Shown here: positions 1-12,695 of the stretch, piece by piece
Position numbering within the stretch: the stretch's first letter is position 1
How the letters are laid out: each line of letters opens with the position of its first letter
Assembly (NCBI GenBank): GCA_028534125.1
Contig: CM052817.1
Coordinates: 87,112,001-87,176,000, forward strand
DNA from: Lama glama
Taxonomy: Eukaryota
Length of the DNA stretch: 64,000 nucleotides
Direction: 5' to 3'
The notes under the pieces: generated by a model
Told to the model about the DNA's origin: nothing
The model's input: the letters and a program-made list of their open reading frames with translations, nothing else
Database searches by the model: none
Made by a program: the position numbers and the translations under genes

Positions 1-237
1 AGCAGTTTCCATAGCCATCTGCCCTGCCCACTTTGTGGTTCCACCCTAGCAGCTTCCTGCCGGCCCTGACTTTTTCATCTATATCAGGGCTATTTAGTGA
101 CATTTTTCTGGTCCTTTCTGGTCCTTTAGTTCTGCAGTTCCTCCAACAATTGTATAACAACTAATTTCTGTAATAAGTTACTGATTTTCTAATATCCATG
201 GTGACCTTGATTTCCTGATGGAACCCTAACTGATACA
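1..237 (+). mobile_element. 3' part of an ERVL-class LTR (MLT2-like), truncated by the window edge
   Basis: Ends in ...TTCCTGATGGAACCCTAACTGATACA, the characteristic MLT2 terminus, preceded by a CAATTGTATAAC...TAATAA polyA-signal region. Confidence 0.7.
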
Positions 238-983
238 CTTGGTGAATGCATAGATAATACATATGTAATAGTTAAAAAGAAAGTAAATGCCTATATATCT
301 TTAATTTTATAGATCCCTTAACATTATTAGGAAAAAAACAGAATTCCTAAGTATATTTAATCTTGAAAGCAGTATTAAATCCCCATACTTTAGATTTTAC
401 ATTATTACACTTTTCTGGACTTTGCCTTATTTTTGAAACTTGATTTACATTTAACTAGTTAAATCTTGAAAGAAAAATTTGAAACAGACTTGAGTTTGAT
501 AGTCATATAAGCTAACTGAAGGTAAAGAAAAATTTTGAATAAAATTAAATTTAGGGAACACTTACTAATAATGAAATGCTGTTTAGAATAGTATCAGAGC
601 TTATCTGACAAGTTTCCCTTGGTTTTTAAACACCAATTGAGTGTTTCTGATTACGTTAACCATCATTTTCCAAAGGTATTGTTTCATGTTTCCTTTCAAG
701 GACTCTGGGAGGTGTTTAGGAGACATCATTCAAATCTTCCCAAATCTTAATTCCTGTTTCTTTCCATCAAAGTGTATGTGTACAATTTGTTTATTGAGAG
801 ATATGACAGATAATTTCCTAAGAATATTGCTAACTATGATAATTTGGGGACTTCTGGAAGCTGATGGAAACAGTAGAATGATGTGTATATATATATCTGT
901 TTGTGTGGTTGCCTTAACCATTTATTTTTATTTATACTTTTCAAAGTCAAACCTAATGTCTGCTTATGAACTGTGACTTTCAG

Positions 984-1183
984 AGAAACTCAAACTCTTG
1001 AATGAGAATTTCTGAGAAAAAGCGTGCATAATGATAGATCCTGAAATATCTGGAAATTGAGTTCACAGTTAAGGTCCCCAGTAAACTGAGGGAGTCAAAA
1101 AAGTATAATCGGAAGGCCTCAGCAGAGGCAGTGGAGGAAGGAAAACCAGGGAGATGGCCCATCTTCTTCCATCTTTTAGAAAG
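984..1183 (+). pseudogene. Candidate decayed exon A of an unidentified gene
   Basis: ctttcAG acceptor at 982-983 and AAG|gtatgc donor at 1184. The frame from 1038 is open: ILKYLEIEFTVKVPSKLRESKKYNRKASAEAVEEGKPGRWPIFFHLLE, ending in phase 2. Non-repetitive sequence. Confidence 0.35.
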
Positions 1184-1755
1184 GTATGCAAAAAACTTCT
1201 AGGACGCTAAGAAATCCTCAGCCTTATCCTCTCTACTGTAATGCCTATTTTTCATTTTCATTTCATTTTAATTTTTGTGAATTAAACAGTGTATTATTCT
1301 AGAAGTACTGAAAGAAAAGATAAACCAGAACCCTCTCTCCCCAAATAATATTACTACACCTATGCCTTACATAATAATCTTATTCTTTACTTGATGGGAA
1401 GTAAGGTGAGAAAAAACAAACTGAAATGGGACAGGGGAAATGTAACAGAAATGTTTTTTTCCAAGTACTTATGGCAAATGCAAATTTTCCATGATTTAGA
1501 GCCAAGACAAAACAAGTTATAAAATATTTTCATAAAGCTGATTCCTAGCTAGCACTTGGTTCCACAGCCAGGAAAGGAAAAGATAGGAATTATCCAATTC
1601 AGATGGGTTATCCAACAAACAGCTAACAAAGTCACAGGGAGGAGAACTCAAGGTGAACAGCCTAAGAGGTACCAGGAGACAATAAAGAGCCACAGGTAAA
1701 CAACTGTGTGGTGTTATTATCTAGTCTCTGTAACAAAGGGTGAGAGAATAATCAC

Positions 1756-2730
1756 TGTATTTGTTAGAATTAGACTTGACTGCAAATGTTCAAAACAAAA
1801 AGATCAGCAATGTAAGTAAGATATAAACTTATTTCTTGTGAAGAAGAAAGCCAAGTTTCAGAAGCCCAGAACTATTCTAATAATTCACTTTGTGGTTTTA
1901 CAAAATTGTCAGTGTGGTAGACAGAATTTTGACATGACCCCCAAGAATCCTACCAGCTAGCGTACACACCCTATACAATTCTCTGGTGTAGGCAGAAACG
2001 GTGACATTATTTTGACCAGTAGAATATGGAAAAGGTAAAGGGATTTTGCAGATGTAATTTAGATTCCTAACCAGTTGATTCTGAGATATGAAAAGGAAAC
2101 ATCCTTTGTGGGCCTGACTTAACTAGGTGAGCCCTTTAAAAGAGGTCCCAGACCTTTCCTTAGTTAGGGACTTGAAACAGCAGAAACAGCTCCTCCTCAG
2201 TGGAGCAGACTGGCATATTACAGAGAAAGGCACAAAGCAGGAAATGGCAGCAGCCTCTAGGGGCGGAGGGCCTCAGTGCTGCAACTGCTAGGAACAGAAT
2301 TTGCCAACAGCCTCATGAGCTTGGAAGAGGTCCTCAAGCATCAGAACCAGCTGTCAGAACCACAGAACCAGCTGTCGCCTTGGTGATAGCCTGTGAGACC
2401 GTGAGCAGAGGACCAGCCTAAGCCATCATAGATGGCCTCTACTTCATGATCCAAGACAGCTCCTTGACCTTTTGTCCTCATACCTCTTATGTGAAAAGTA
2501 ACACAAATGAAGGATTAAAAAGAAAGAGGAGAAGGAAAAAAGTGCATCCCTTTAAGAACAGTCCCTAAATTTCAAATTTCACACACAACAATTCTGCTTA
2601 CACCTCACTAGCTAGCGTACGGTCACATGACCACATTTAGCTCAAGGATTCCTCCTTCTGGGTAGTTACTGAGGGTTCTATTATTGAGAAAGAATGTGAA
2701 AATGGATATTAGGTAAAAACTAGAATTCTG
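1756..2730 (-). mobile_element. Old MaLR LTR (MLT1J/K/L-like), split by an MLT1F-like insertion
   Basis: GTTAGAATTAGACTTGACTGCAAATG start at ~1760. Resumes after 2425 with TTCTGCTTACACCTCACTAGCTAG..GGTCACATGACCAC..GAAAATGGATATTAGG. Confidence 0.6.
1913..2424 (+). mobile_element. MaLR LTR (MLT1E/F-like), 3'-truncated
   Basis: TGTGGTAGACAGAAT start; GGGATTTTGCAGATGTAATT, GGTGAGCCCTTTAAAAGAGG, GAGCTTGGAAGAGG and GAGCAGAGGACCAGCCTAAGCC motifs. Confidence 0.8.
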
Positions 2731-2869
2731 TACCATAAATTTCAAATAATGAAAGATATTAAAGGGGAGTAGGTCGTGGGTGGGTACACCTATCCTGAAT
2801 GTTACCAGAAGGGAGACCCACCCCTAGCAGAAAAGGTCCACAAGCAATCTGGTCATAAGATAATAAGAT

Positions 2870-3335
2870 TTAGAGCATTCAAGTATATTAGAAACTATCA
2901 AATGCTGAATTCTGCTTATGATAATTAACACAAGACCTGTAGTTGTTTTTAACTTAACGCATAAATCTAGGCAATAAAACTACCATACTCTACAAAAAAT
3001 AACTAATTTCAATCAAGTATGTTAGAAAAAAGACTGAATCATCATTCTATACATTCTAAGGGGAAAATATTGTAATATTGTTGTCATATGAAAAGATTGT
3101 CAAAGAACATGTAGCCAAAAAGTGTAAGAAAATAAAACTGTTATAGAAAGTGGGTGGACAATTAAACTAAATATGGTTGTAAATAAAAATATTATGCTAT
3201 TTTTCAGATTTTGTGATATTAGTGGTATTTTCCCAGTCTAAATGTATACTTCACATGTAATTTTGATTTTCTAATTCTGTGGAAAAGTTTCAATATTGAA
3301 AATTTTTCAACCCCATAAAACTTGAGTCTATCTTT
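2870..3335 (+). mobile_element. hAT-Tip100 DNA transposon (Zaphod-like), 3' end with transposase dimerisation-domain remnant
   Basis: GAAAAAAGACTGAATCATCATTCTAT...GTTGTCATATGAAAAGATTGTCAAAGAACATGTAGCCAAAAAGTGT (degenerate RLN.LSILS..SYEE.IKEYAAKK), then AATAAAAATATTATGCTATTTTTCAGATTTTGTGAT. Confidence 0.65.
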
Positions 3336-4079
3336 CATATTCCCTTGTATTTTGCTTACTTCAAGTTGACTTTTGCATTTCAGCCATTTTGCTTAAGTGA
3401 TATATGTTGTCAACTTACTGTCTTTTTTTTACAAAGTAGAGATTCTATTCGTTTTGTGTATGTTTGCTTATGTTCAATCCAGTGATACGTGTTTGGAAAG
3501 TGTTACATGCACTCTATTGTTTTCTTACTATGTTGAGCGGAGTGGATGAGGTGAATCAGTGCAGGGAGAGTCAGATACCGCAGCACCACTGTTAACTAAG
3601 CTGGTTTGCTTTTACTCCACAAGGCAACGCTTCAAGGAATTCACGTGTTTTTCCCCTCTGGATTAAGTAACTTGTAATTCTACCATTCTGAGATGACAGC
3701 TGGTAATATTTTGGTTTATAGCCTTTTAGACTTTTCTGCATACATACACATACATGCCTATTATAAAAAGTTGAATCATACCATAATAATACTGTTTTCA
3801 CTTGATCATCTTTCTATATCGAAACTATCATCTTCGAAAATGGTCCCATTGAATTATATTTTATAGACATGGCCCAATATCATTAACTTGCATCCTTTTA
3901 AAAAAATCTTTGGACATGTTTCCAATTTAAATTTATAGAAAGAAGTATCAGAAAGACACAGTTGATATCGAACATGGGGGTGAAATGTAAAATGGGCAGA
4001 GGGAGGATGCTCAGAATTTGTTGAGCCGACTTGATCTTGTTTCATTCACTTTCTTACTCCCACCAAGTCTTTTATACAG

Positions 4080-4700
4080 TCTAGATGTTTCTTTATAAAT
4101 ACCAGTAGGTGGACTATAGCTGCAGATTTCTGGGATAAAGGAACATGCAGTAATTGTCCCTTTGCAGTGCCAGGGAGAAGTCAGAGCAGAATTTCTTTCA
4201 ACCATTTTATGATGGCTGCGTCTGGATTCAGGCTGCCCCAGGTTGCATCTGATTTCCAGAGCCCAGCTCAGCCTTCTGTACTCCCAGTATTGTGTTTGAG
4301 TTGAGTGTGTGTCTGTGTATGTGTGGTTGTTAGTTATTTAGATATAAATTTCCTTCTGATTTCTGTAGTTTCTTTAGGGTAAATATAAGGAAAAAGATTT
4401 AACAGTCTAGCTGATCAAATGCTATTATGTTGTACCAGCTCTTTCTAGTCATTCTTTGCGAAGTGAATCTTCTCATTTATTTATTTTTAACTGTCCTATG
4501 TTCTTATGTTGAATACATATTTTCCATATACCATGCATAGCTGGATTTTTCTTTTTAACTCAAGTTTTCAGATATGTGACTTTTTGCATTTTAACAAGTA
4601 GGTCTAATCTATTTACATTTATTTTAGTATTCGGATGTATTTCTAAAATATGTGTTTTTTGTTTGTCAAGCTTTCTCTTCATTCTGCAGTTGTTGTTACT
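4080..4700 (-). mobile_element. Very old L1 (L1M) 5'/inter-ORF fragments
   Basis: Degenerate antisense L1 motifs such as TTTTAACAAGTAGGTCTAATCTATTTACATTTATT. Confidence 0.4.
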
Positions 4701-4934
4701 ATTACTTCTAAATGTTGCTAAAGTAGCTATCAAGGAATTTATGTTAAATAAGAAGCAAGATAAACACACAGTGGAAGAGTGCAAGAGACATTAAACAGCT
4801 CTAAATCACTTAACCAATTAGCCCTCAATTAATTCATGTAAAACAAAGAGTAGGAGCCAAGTCATATCAAAAATAATGTCTATTTCTAAAATTCCTTAAT
4901 TCTGTAAACAAATGTAAAAAATTTGGAAACAAAC

Positions 4935-5135
4935 TGGTGTAGCTGTTCAAAGTAAGGACTTTTGTCTAACAGGCCTGGGGAATTTGGATTTAGTTCTAAC
5001 TCTGACATTCAGTAACCATGTGACTTTTTGCAAATTGTTTGGTCTCTGATCCTTTCTATCCTTAAACGTGAAATACTACTAATAATACTCAAGTTATAGA
5101 GGTTTTTTAAAACTGTAAGAGATATTTTAATGCAA
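4935..5135 (+). mobile_element. MIR SINE
   Basis: Degenerate MIR core: TTCTAACTCTGACATTCAGTAACCATGTGACTTTTTGCAAATTGTTT... Confidence 0.6.
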
Positions 5136-6206
5136 GGAAAGAAGATTGGACATCTTGCAAACATGATGGGAGTATCTTCCAAATGTTTAAGGTAGAATGG
5201 CATTGTGTGGGATCACACATGATAAGACTACATTGTAGGGAAAGCCAGTCATTAGAAATGTTCCTGTCTTTGCTATTCTTACTCAAAATTTCTACCAGTT
5301 AATTAATTGAAGAAAGAGAAAATAGAAAATTCCCTTTACTATTTGTGTTGAAGTTTGGCTAAAATAATTATATGTATTGAGTTGCTGATAACATTTCCAA
5401 ATATATAATTTAGAGGTTACTTAGTCTTGATTTTGTTTTGAAAATTGATTTGTACATAACAGTTGCATCACTTTTGAATCTCTATTATGTTTTGCCACCA
5501 CAGCTTCCTTTATCACAACTTAACTTTTCATGCTTTCAATGTAGCCATATCTTAAACTCAATTAATTAAATAACATTATTTAACATTGGTAATGTATATG
5601 TTACATATATATATATTCTAGCTTTATGATACAAGATAGGATATTAGTCTACTAAATATCTTTCATTTTAAAAATCAAATCCTTCCAAGGAAATATAGTG
5701 TAACTAGTCATGAAATTGATGCCATAGCTTTTCAGTTGAATGTGATATGTTTTATTTCTTGCTGTTTAATTGTGATTAGACGAACATTATTTACCATTTT
5801 TGGACTTGGGACTTGAAGTCTTGGCTGGACAATTTTTTTCACAATCTCCAAGAAAGCCACCTTACAACTCTATTTCACATAAATTAGCTATCTCAGCTGT
5901 GAAGATATATTATGCATAGATTTTTTTATTTAGTTGTAATACAGCAAGCAAGCTATTATAAAGCTATCAGTTTAGATCAGTCTGACTTATTATATTGGCT
6001 CAATGGATACAGGGTTCTGTCTGATGTTCTTAAGTTTCTCTGAAGTTTTTCTGTTCGAAATGAACTCTATTCTCCTTGTTAAAACTGAAGGACAGAGGGT
6101 CACAGAGATTGAACTCAATTGGAAAAAAATTAAACTGACTTTTGTTTCAGCTAATATAATGTGGCATGGATCTGGCATTTAATTCCCATTTGTTTACAAA
6201 TACCAG

Positions 6207-6273
6207 ACGATATGGAGCTTCTGAAACCTCAGGAGGAGCTCCTCTTAGAGAAGGAAAATATGTTAAAAGAAAA
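6207..6273 (+). pseudogene. Candidate decayed exon B
   Basis: tacCAG acceptor and AAA|gtaaaa donor, 67 nt. Phase 2->0 reads RYGASETSGGAPLREGKYVKRK (alternative open frame DMELLKPQEELLLEKENMLKE). GC-richer island in AT-rich unique DNA. Confidence 0.35.
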
Positions 6274-9072
6274 GTAAAAGTCTGTTTTATCTTTTTCCAT
6301 TTCAGTACTCACTGTGATTTTATTTAATTCAATTTCTCTGTGTTAGAAAAGAAATTTGAAAGCAAATATTTATTTGACAAAATAAGCAACCTATAGAATT
6401 AGGCAACTATCTAAAAGAATAAAAATAAATCCTTGTATGAATATAATTTAGTTTATTAATTCTCTTATTAATGGACATTTTGGCTCTTTCCAGTTCTTTG
6501 CTATTATGAAAGGGCTATTGTGAACATTCTCATACAAACTTTTATGACATTTACTTTCATTTTTTGGGATAAATATCTTGGATTAGAATTAAAGAGTTGT
6601 AGGGTAGGTGTATGTGTAATTGTAGTTAAAAAAAAAGCCAAATTTTTTCCAAAGTGGTTTAGTATTTTGAAATTCTACCAAGAAGGTATGGAACTTCTGA
6701 TTGTTCTATATATTGGTCAATATTTGATATATGTATGTTTTGTTTTAGTCATTTTGAGTGGATGTATAGCAGTAGCTCATTGTGGGTTTTTTTTGCATTA
6801 TACTGATGTCTGACAATACTACACTATTGACACTTTTTCATATGCTTATTGGCCATTTCTATATCTTCTTTTGTGAGGTGTCTGTTCAAAGATTTTGTTC
6901 ATTTTCATTTTTGGGCTGTTTGTCTTTTTTACTATTGAGTTGTAGTGTCTTAGTACCCTATGATCCTTAGATACCAAAATACTTTGTCAAAAATATGTGT
7001 TTGTGAGTACAACCTTCTTTATTTACTTTCTTAATGTTTTTAGTCAATGAGTGTAAGTTTTTAATTTTAGTAAAATCTGAATTACCATTTAAAAAATTAT
7101 TTATTTCTGTAATTTGTCTAGGAAATATTTACCAAACCCTCCAAATCAAGAAAATATACTCATAAGTTTTCCGGTTTTAAGTTTTATGTCTAAGTCTGTG
7201 TTCCACCTCAGTTTAAGATTTTCTTTTGTAGAATCCAAGGTGGACATCAGAGTTACTATGATTATGCTTATATACATATCCAGTAATTCCAACAATATTT
7301 GTTGAAAAGACTTATCTGCTTCATCTAGCTTGCTTTGGGAGCCTAAGTTGAAAATTAAATTATGTAAATTTTCATGGGTCTATTTATGGGTTCTCCATTT
7401 TGTTTTTATTAATGTGTGAATTGATTTTTATGGCAAAACTGCATTCTCTTGATTACTGTCGCTTTATAATAAGGTTTGAAAACAGCTAGTCTAAATACTC
7501 CAGATTTGTTTTTCAATATGGCTTTCAACATTCCAGGCTCTTTGCTTTTCCATACACATTTTAGAATCAGATTGTCAATTACTACAAAAGAAAAACAACT
7601 TGATGAGCTTTTGATTTGACATTGTGTTGAATCTATATATCAAATTGAGAGGAATTGACATCTTAGCAATATGGAGTCTTGGAATCCATGAGAATAACTT
7701 TTCCCACTATTTATTCAGATCTTAAATGTAGAGAGGTCTTGGCTCATATTTTGCTAAATTTATTTCTAAATTATTTATGTTCCTTGACACTCAATAGAAT
7801 TTGGAAAAAAAAGTTGTTGATAGTGTAAAAAAGATAATTGCTTTCTGTTTATTAATCTTAAATCTTGATAGCTTACTGAATTCACTGATTAGTTCTGGTA
7901 ATTATACTGTAAATTTCTGATGATTTTATATGTAAGCAACATTCCTTCTGCAAATAGGTTTACTTCTACTCTCTTACCTTTGTGCCTTTATTTCTAACTT
8001 TCTGGTGGCCAAGAGCTCCACAGAAGCAGTGAGAATGGGTATTTTTTTTCTTGTTCCCCATTTTGGAGAAGGAATTAAAATTTTCAGCATTAAATGTGAT
8101 ATTAACCTTAGGTATTTCATGAATGTCCTTTTTGAGATAGAGAACTTTTCCTTTTATTACTAAATTGCTACAAGTTTTTATTTTGAAGGAGTGTCAAGTT
8201 TTATCAAATGCTTTTTTCTCACTTATTGATCTTTAATGTGTACTTTTTCTTTGTTATTCTGTTAATACAATGAACAATTTCAATTGATTTTGGAAAGTTC
8301 AATCGATCTAACATTCCTGTGACAAAGTCTACTGGCTGTAGTACATTACCCTTTTATATATTGCTGGATTTGATTTTCTAAAATAGTGTTAGTTAATTTT
8401 GCATATAGATTGATGGAGATATATCAGTCTCTAGTAATAATTTCATTTTAATTTTTTATTTTGAAATTATTTCCTTCCTTCTCTATATTGTGAAATAACT
8501 TGCATAAGATTGATATTATTTCTTCCTTAAGTGTTTGAAATAATTTACCAGTGACATCATCTGGTCCTGGAGTTTTCTTGCTGGGGAAAGTTTCTGTAAA
8601 TGGGTTCAATTTACTTACCTGACATAGGGTTATTTCAGATTTTGTCCTTTGCTGTCTGTCAGTTCTGGTAAGTTACATTTTTCAAGAAAATTGCCCATTT
8701 GATCTAAATTATTGAAGTTGTCAGCAGAAAATTGTTCATAATGCTCTTATTCTATATATGCCTATACTACTTGTACTGATAACCACTCTTTAATGATTGA
8801 TACTGGTTTAATTTGTTTTCTTACTATCACTTTTCTTGATCAGTCAACTTAGAAGTTTATAAATTTTGTTAATCTTTACGACAAAGAAATTTTCTCTGTT
8901 GAAATATTCTACTGGTTGTCTGTTTTCTATTTAATTTATTTCTGCATTTAACTTCAGTATGTCCTTGGGATTTATTTTGCTGTTGCTGTTTTGGTAGTAA
9001 GATGTAAAAATCAAAACAAGTGGTTAGTGGTACTAGTCAAATCATCTGTATCTTAACGATTTTTTGATTAGT

Positions 9073-9143
9073 TGTTCTATAAATCATTATTTTTATGAAA
9101 AATATGACATATTTCATAAAAATAATGATTGATTTATAGAACA
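9073..9143. repeat. Near-perfect inverted repeat (~34-36 bp arms, 1-nt spacer)
   Basis: TGTTCTATAAATCATTATTTTTATGAAAAATATG-a-CATATTTCATAAAAATAATGATTGATTTATAGAACA. Confidence 0.9.
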
Positions 9144-9515
9144 GCTTTGTATGTAGAATAATTGGATTATATCCTGAACATTGTTAAAGTGATGCTTGTG
9201 AAACATTTGTTGAGTTTTTGGTTTGTATGTTTTAGTCATACTCAGTGTCATAGTCAAAAGGTCATACTCAAAATACAAACTCTCTCGTAGGCAACTAACA
9301 AATCCCAGGTTGGTTCTTTTCCCTCTAGCTGAAGTTTGTCTCTAGCTTACACAGTTCACAGGAAGTCAGAGTTCCAGCAGAGTTTGCGTACAGAATTTGG
9401 GGCTTCTTCACTCTGGTTCTCTCTTTTCTCAGATTCATCCTTCATTTTATTATAGCTGCTATCATTGCCTCAAACTCTGTCTTCTCCTTTTTCCAGCAGA
9501 AGACACTGCACTTTA

Positions 9516-9703
9516 TTTAAAAAAAATGAAGTATAGTTGATTTAGAGTGTTTCAGGTATGTAGCAATGTGATTCAGTTTGTATATATATATATATATATA
9601 TTTCAGATTCTTTTCCATTCTAGGTTAGTACAAGCTATTGAATATCATTCCCAGTGCTATACAGAAGCCCCTTGTTGTTTATCTATTTTATATACAGTAG
9701 TGT
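9516..9703 (-). mobile_element. 5'-truncated artiodactyl-type L1 3' end with 11-bp TSD
   Basis: GAAGTATAGTTGATTT..TTTCAGATTCTTTTCCATT..CCCAGTGCTATACAG. TSD ACTGCACTTTA at 9505-9515 and 9704-9714. Confidence 0.9.
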
Positions 9704-10198
9704 ACTGCACTTTAGAGCATGGTTTTAACCACAATTTTTGCACCACAGAGATCTTGAAGCTTAAAGTTGGTAAACAACAGTGAAACTAGTGAAACTAGTC
9801 TGAGCCATTTCCTTCTTTCGATGTTTGAATCCTCTCCTTACTCTGCTGTATTTGTACCCTCTCCGGTGCCTTTGTACTTTGTGCAGAGTGATCTCTGTGA
9901 GGATAGGTCTAGTGGAAGCTTTCCCAGACATACTAGAAGGGTATTTTTTTTTTCACTAATTTTACTAATTCCAAAAGACTCATTGTACTGATACTCTGAT
10001 TGTTTAAAAGTTTAGTTATATTTAGAGCAAGATAGAATATACATGGTAAACTTATTCTTTGATAGTCAACCATTCCAAGTATTAAAAGAGAAACAGATTT
10101 TATTATTTGACCTGTTGTTTTGTATGTAATTCAATTGGAAGTTGCCATTTATGTATCCTGTGCTAATTTTTGACAATGTTCTATAAATTTGTCCAGAA

Positions 10199-10475
10199 CA
10201 AGAATTGGCCAACTGTGGTTTTCAAGTTTTATCTGGCTCGCTGCCTATTTTTGTAAATATTTTTAATTTGAGTGCAGTTTTTCATTTATTTATTGAATGC
10301 CTTATTCATTTATGTGCTGTCTCAAAGTGCCTTCTCACTGTGCTAGCAGCGTTGAGTGGCTGAGAGAGAGAGACCATTAGAGCCTGCAAAATCTACAATA
10401 TTTACTCTTTATAAAAAGCCCCAAATACGTACTCTTCCTACAAACTTTACAGAAAAGCTTTGCTAAACACAATCT
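10199..10475 (+). mobile_element. hAT-Charlie MITE (MER58A-like)
   Basis: CTGCCTATTTTTGTAAATA...GTTGAGTGGCTG..AGAGACC...AATATTTACT...TTTACAGAAAAGCTTTGC. Confidence 0.75.
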
Positions 10476-10517
10476 AGAACAGAAAATAAACATCTTAAGG
10501 TGATTTTTTGCTAATAG

Positions 10518-10598
10518 GAGGGTCCAGAACATGTGCAAATTGTTGCAGCTTGTATACAGGTGACAGATCATGCTTCGTTCTTGTTAGAAAGCAACACT
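10518..10598 (+). pseudogene. Candidate decayed exon C
   Basis: ttttttgctaatAG acceptor and ACT|gtaaga donor. 81 nt, symmetric; phase 0 is open: EGPEHVQIVAACIQVTDHASFLLESNT. Confidence 0.4.
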
Positions 10599-11786
10599 GT
10601 AAGACTTCATTTAGCTTTACTAGTCCCTCCCCAAGCCACTGAAGTATAAATCATAAGACTGCTTTATTTGACCATAATTATTATTGCAGTTTACTGTAAC
10701 GATTTCAAGCTTTTATAAAATAGAATTAATAATACCTTCAGCTGTCATATTATATGTATATTAGCATGTTCAAAATGTAATTTAAAGAAATTATAATGTA
10801 TTTTTTTTCTGGTATGGAACTAACTTACATAGCTAGGAAGGACTCTTTTTCATTAGTCCTCTATGCCTTTAGTTTCATCATGTTGCCTATTTGCTGGTAT
10901 TTCAGTATTGTGTGCTTCAAAGCACATTCCTTATGGTTATAAGGAATCTAGTAATGACTTATTTCTCATAATGAATGGTTAAACAATTATAGTAATATAT
11001 TTCTCAGAGCCAATTTCTCTTTCAAGAAGATTTTCTTTAGTCATTCATTGATCACGCAGACATTCTCTAATATGCATCCTATAATTTATTTTTCTGGTGG
11101 ACTTTGTCACTGAGATGAGTTGGAGATTTAAAACGTACAAAGCAAAACAAAAAGAAAGAAGGAAAATTTACCCTAATTGTTCATCATCACTATAGTGATT
11201 TTTTTTAGGCCAGTAAAAATAAATTAAAAAAATTTAAAACAATTCCTATAAGAAATCTTAAAGATGTAATACTCTCTTGAGGATAAGGTTTGAATACAGG
11301 CTTTTAAAGAAATATGTTGTGTTTCACATATGAAACTCAACCTTAGGTAATTTTTCTTTTAGACTTTTATTGACTTGGTCTATCTTTTGGTCAGGACAGA
11401 AGGGAATGCAGTGAAAAGCACTATCTGTTCACCTAATATTCTTATTACTTGTATTTTATCCCACTTTTAACCTCTAATCTTAAGATTCATTTGAATATTA
11501 GCATTTGTAAAGTTACATGGCTCTGTATTTCTTCCAACCAATTTCCTTTCTGAAAGATATTGAATTACCTTTCACAGGGTCAACCTAAAAAAAATCACAG
11601 GTTACAATAAATCCATTTACTCTCCCTATGTCCACATTTAGCCTTAATATCCTTATTCATTTTTGGATACAAATATCCAGAATAAAATTTTATTTTCTTC
11701 AGAGCAGAGAAGTACGTTCTGTGGCTTTCATGTTTAACAACTCAACAACCTTTTGCTGAAGATTAAATACTTCATTGTGTCTACAG

Positions 11787-11870
11787 GCAGCTGCATATTT
11801 ATTACTCCTGAGGCAGTGGTATTTGAAATAAATGTAACTGAATGACTCTGTGAAATAGTTTCTGAAATCC
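11787..11870 (+). pseudogene. Candidate decayed exon D
   Basis: tgtgtctacAG acceptor and TCC|gtatgt donor. 84 nt, symmetric. Phase 1 reads SCIFITPEAVVFEINVTE*LCEIVSEI (1 stop); phase 0 reads AAAYLLLLRQWYLK*M*LNDSVK*FLKS (3 stops). Confidence 0.35.
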
Positions 11871-12259
11871 GTATGTCATGAGTTGCTCTATCTCAAAGGA
11901 AAAGAAAATATTTCCAATCCCCCCTAGGAGAAGAACAGTCCGTGTGAGACACACAAGGATACAAAAGTGAAGGACATTTTAATACTGGTCATTGTGGCTC
12001 AATTCCGTTTTTGCTGTTGGTCTGAATTCTTGGAATCATAAAAATAGTTCTCCATATTTATTTTCTTAAGGCTGAAAGTATCTATCTGGATTTTTAATTT
12101 CATGTTTTATAATTTTATAACATCCTTCAAGTCTACTAGTTAATCATCTTCGCCATATGACTATTTGCCAACGTTAAGTTTGAATGTTAAACATATATTA
12201 TATTTATATTTAATATTCATGTGGCATATTTGAGTCATTTATACTATTAATTTTAAACT

Positions 12260-12695
12260 TCACTCCCACCATACTGGCCTCCATATTTTTCTGAGATAAA
12301 TCCCAGGACATGACTACACCTAGGTCTTTTCTTTTACCCTTCCCTCTACCTAGAATATTTTACCAAATATGTGTGCAAGATTTTCCCCTCCTTCTGAAAG
12401 TCTCTACTCAAAATGCCCTCATAGAAATGTCACCCGTGACTCATATTCTCTTTCCCTATTTCCTTCCTTCATTATGTTTCCATAGTTTTATCACCCAGTG
12501 CATGTTGTCTTCATTTGCTTGTCCGTTGTCTGCCTTCCCTCACTAGAATGTAGCTCCATGAAAGAAGGGACTAAACATATATATATCTATGATTTTATAT
12601 ATATATATAGGTATAGATTCTAAATATATATGTCCACAGACTTACAACAATATGTGGAACAAAGCAAGTAGATTGCTTGAATGTTGAATAAATCT
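12260..12695 (+). mobile_element. L2 LINE 3' fragment
   Basis: CCATACTGGCCTCC...CACTAGAATGTAGCTCCATGAAAGAAGGGAC...GTTGAATAAAT. Confidence 0.75.

Larger units (their letters stand above)
6440..9960 (-). mobile_element. Old L1 (L1MC/ME-like): decayed ORF2 plus 5' region fragments
   Basis: Antisense ORF2 hallmarks: TTTCCAGTTCTTTGCTATTATG, ATATGCTTATTGGCCATTT, TTTGTTGAAAAGACT, TTTTAGAATCAGATTGTCAATT, CCAGTGACATCATCTGGTCCTGGAGTTTTC. Confidence 0.85.
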
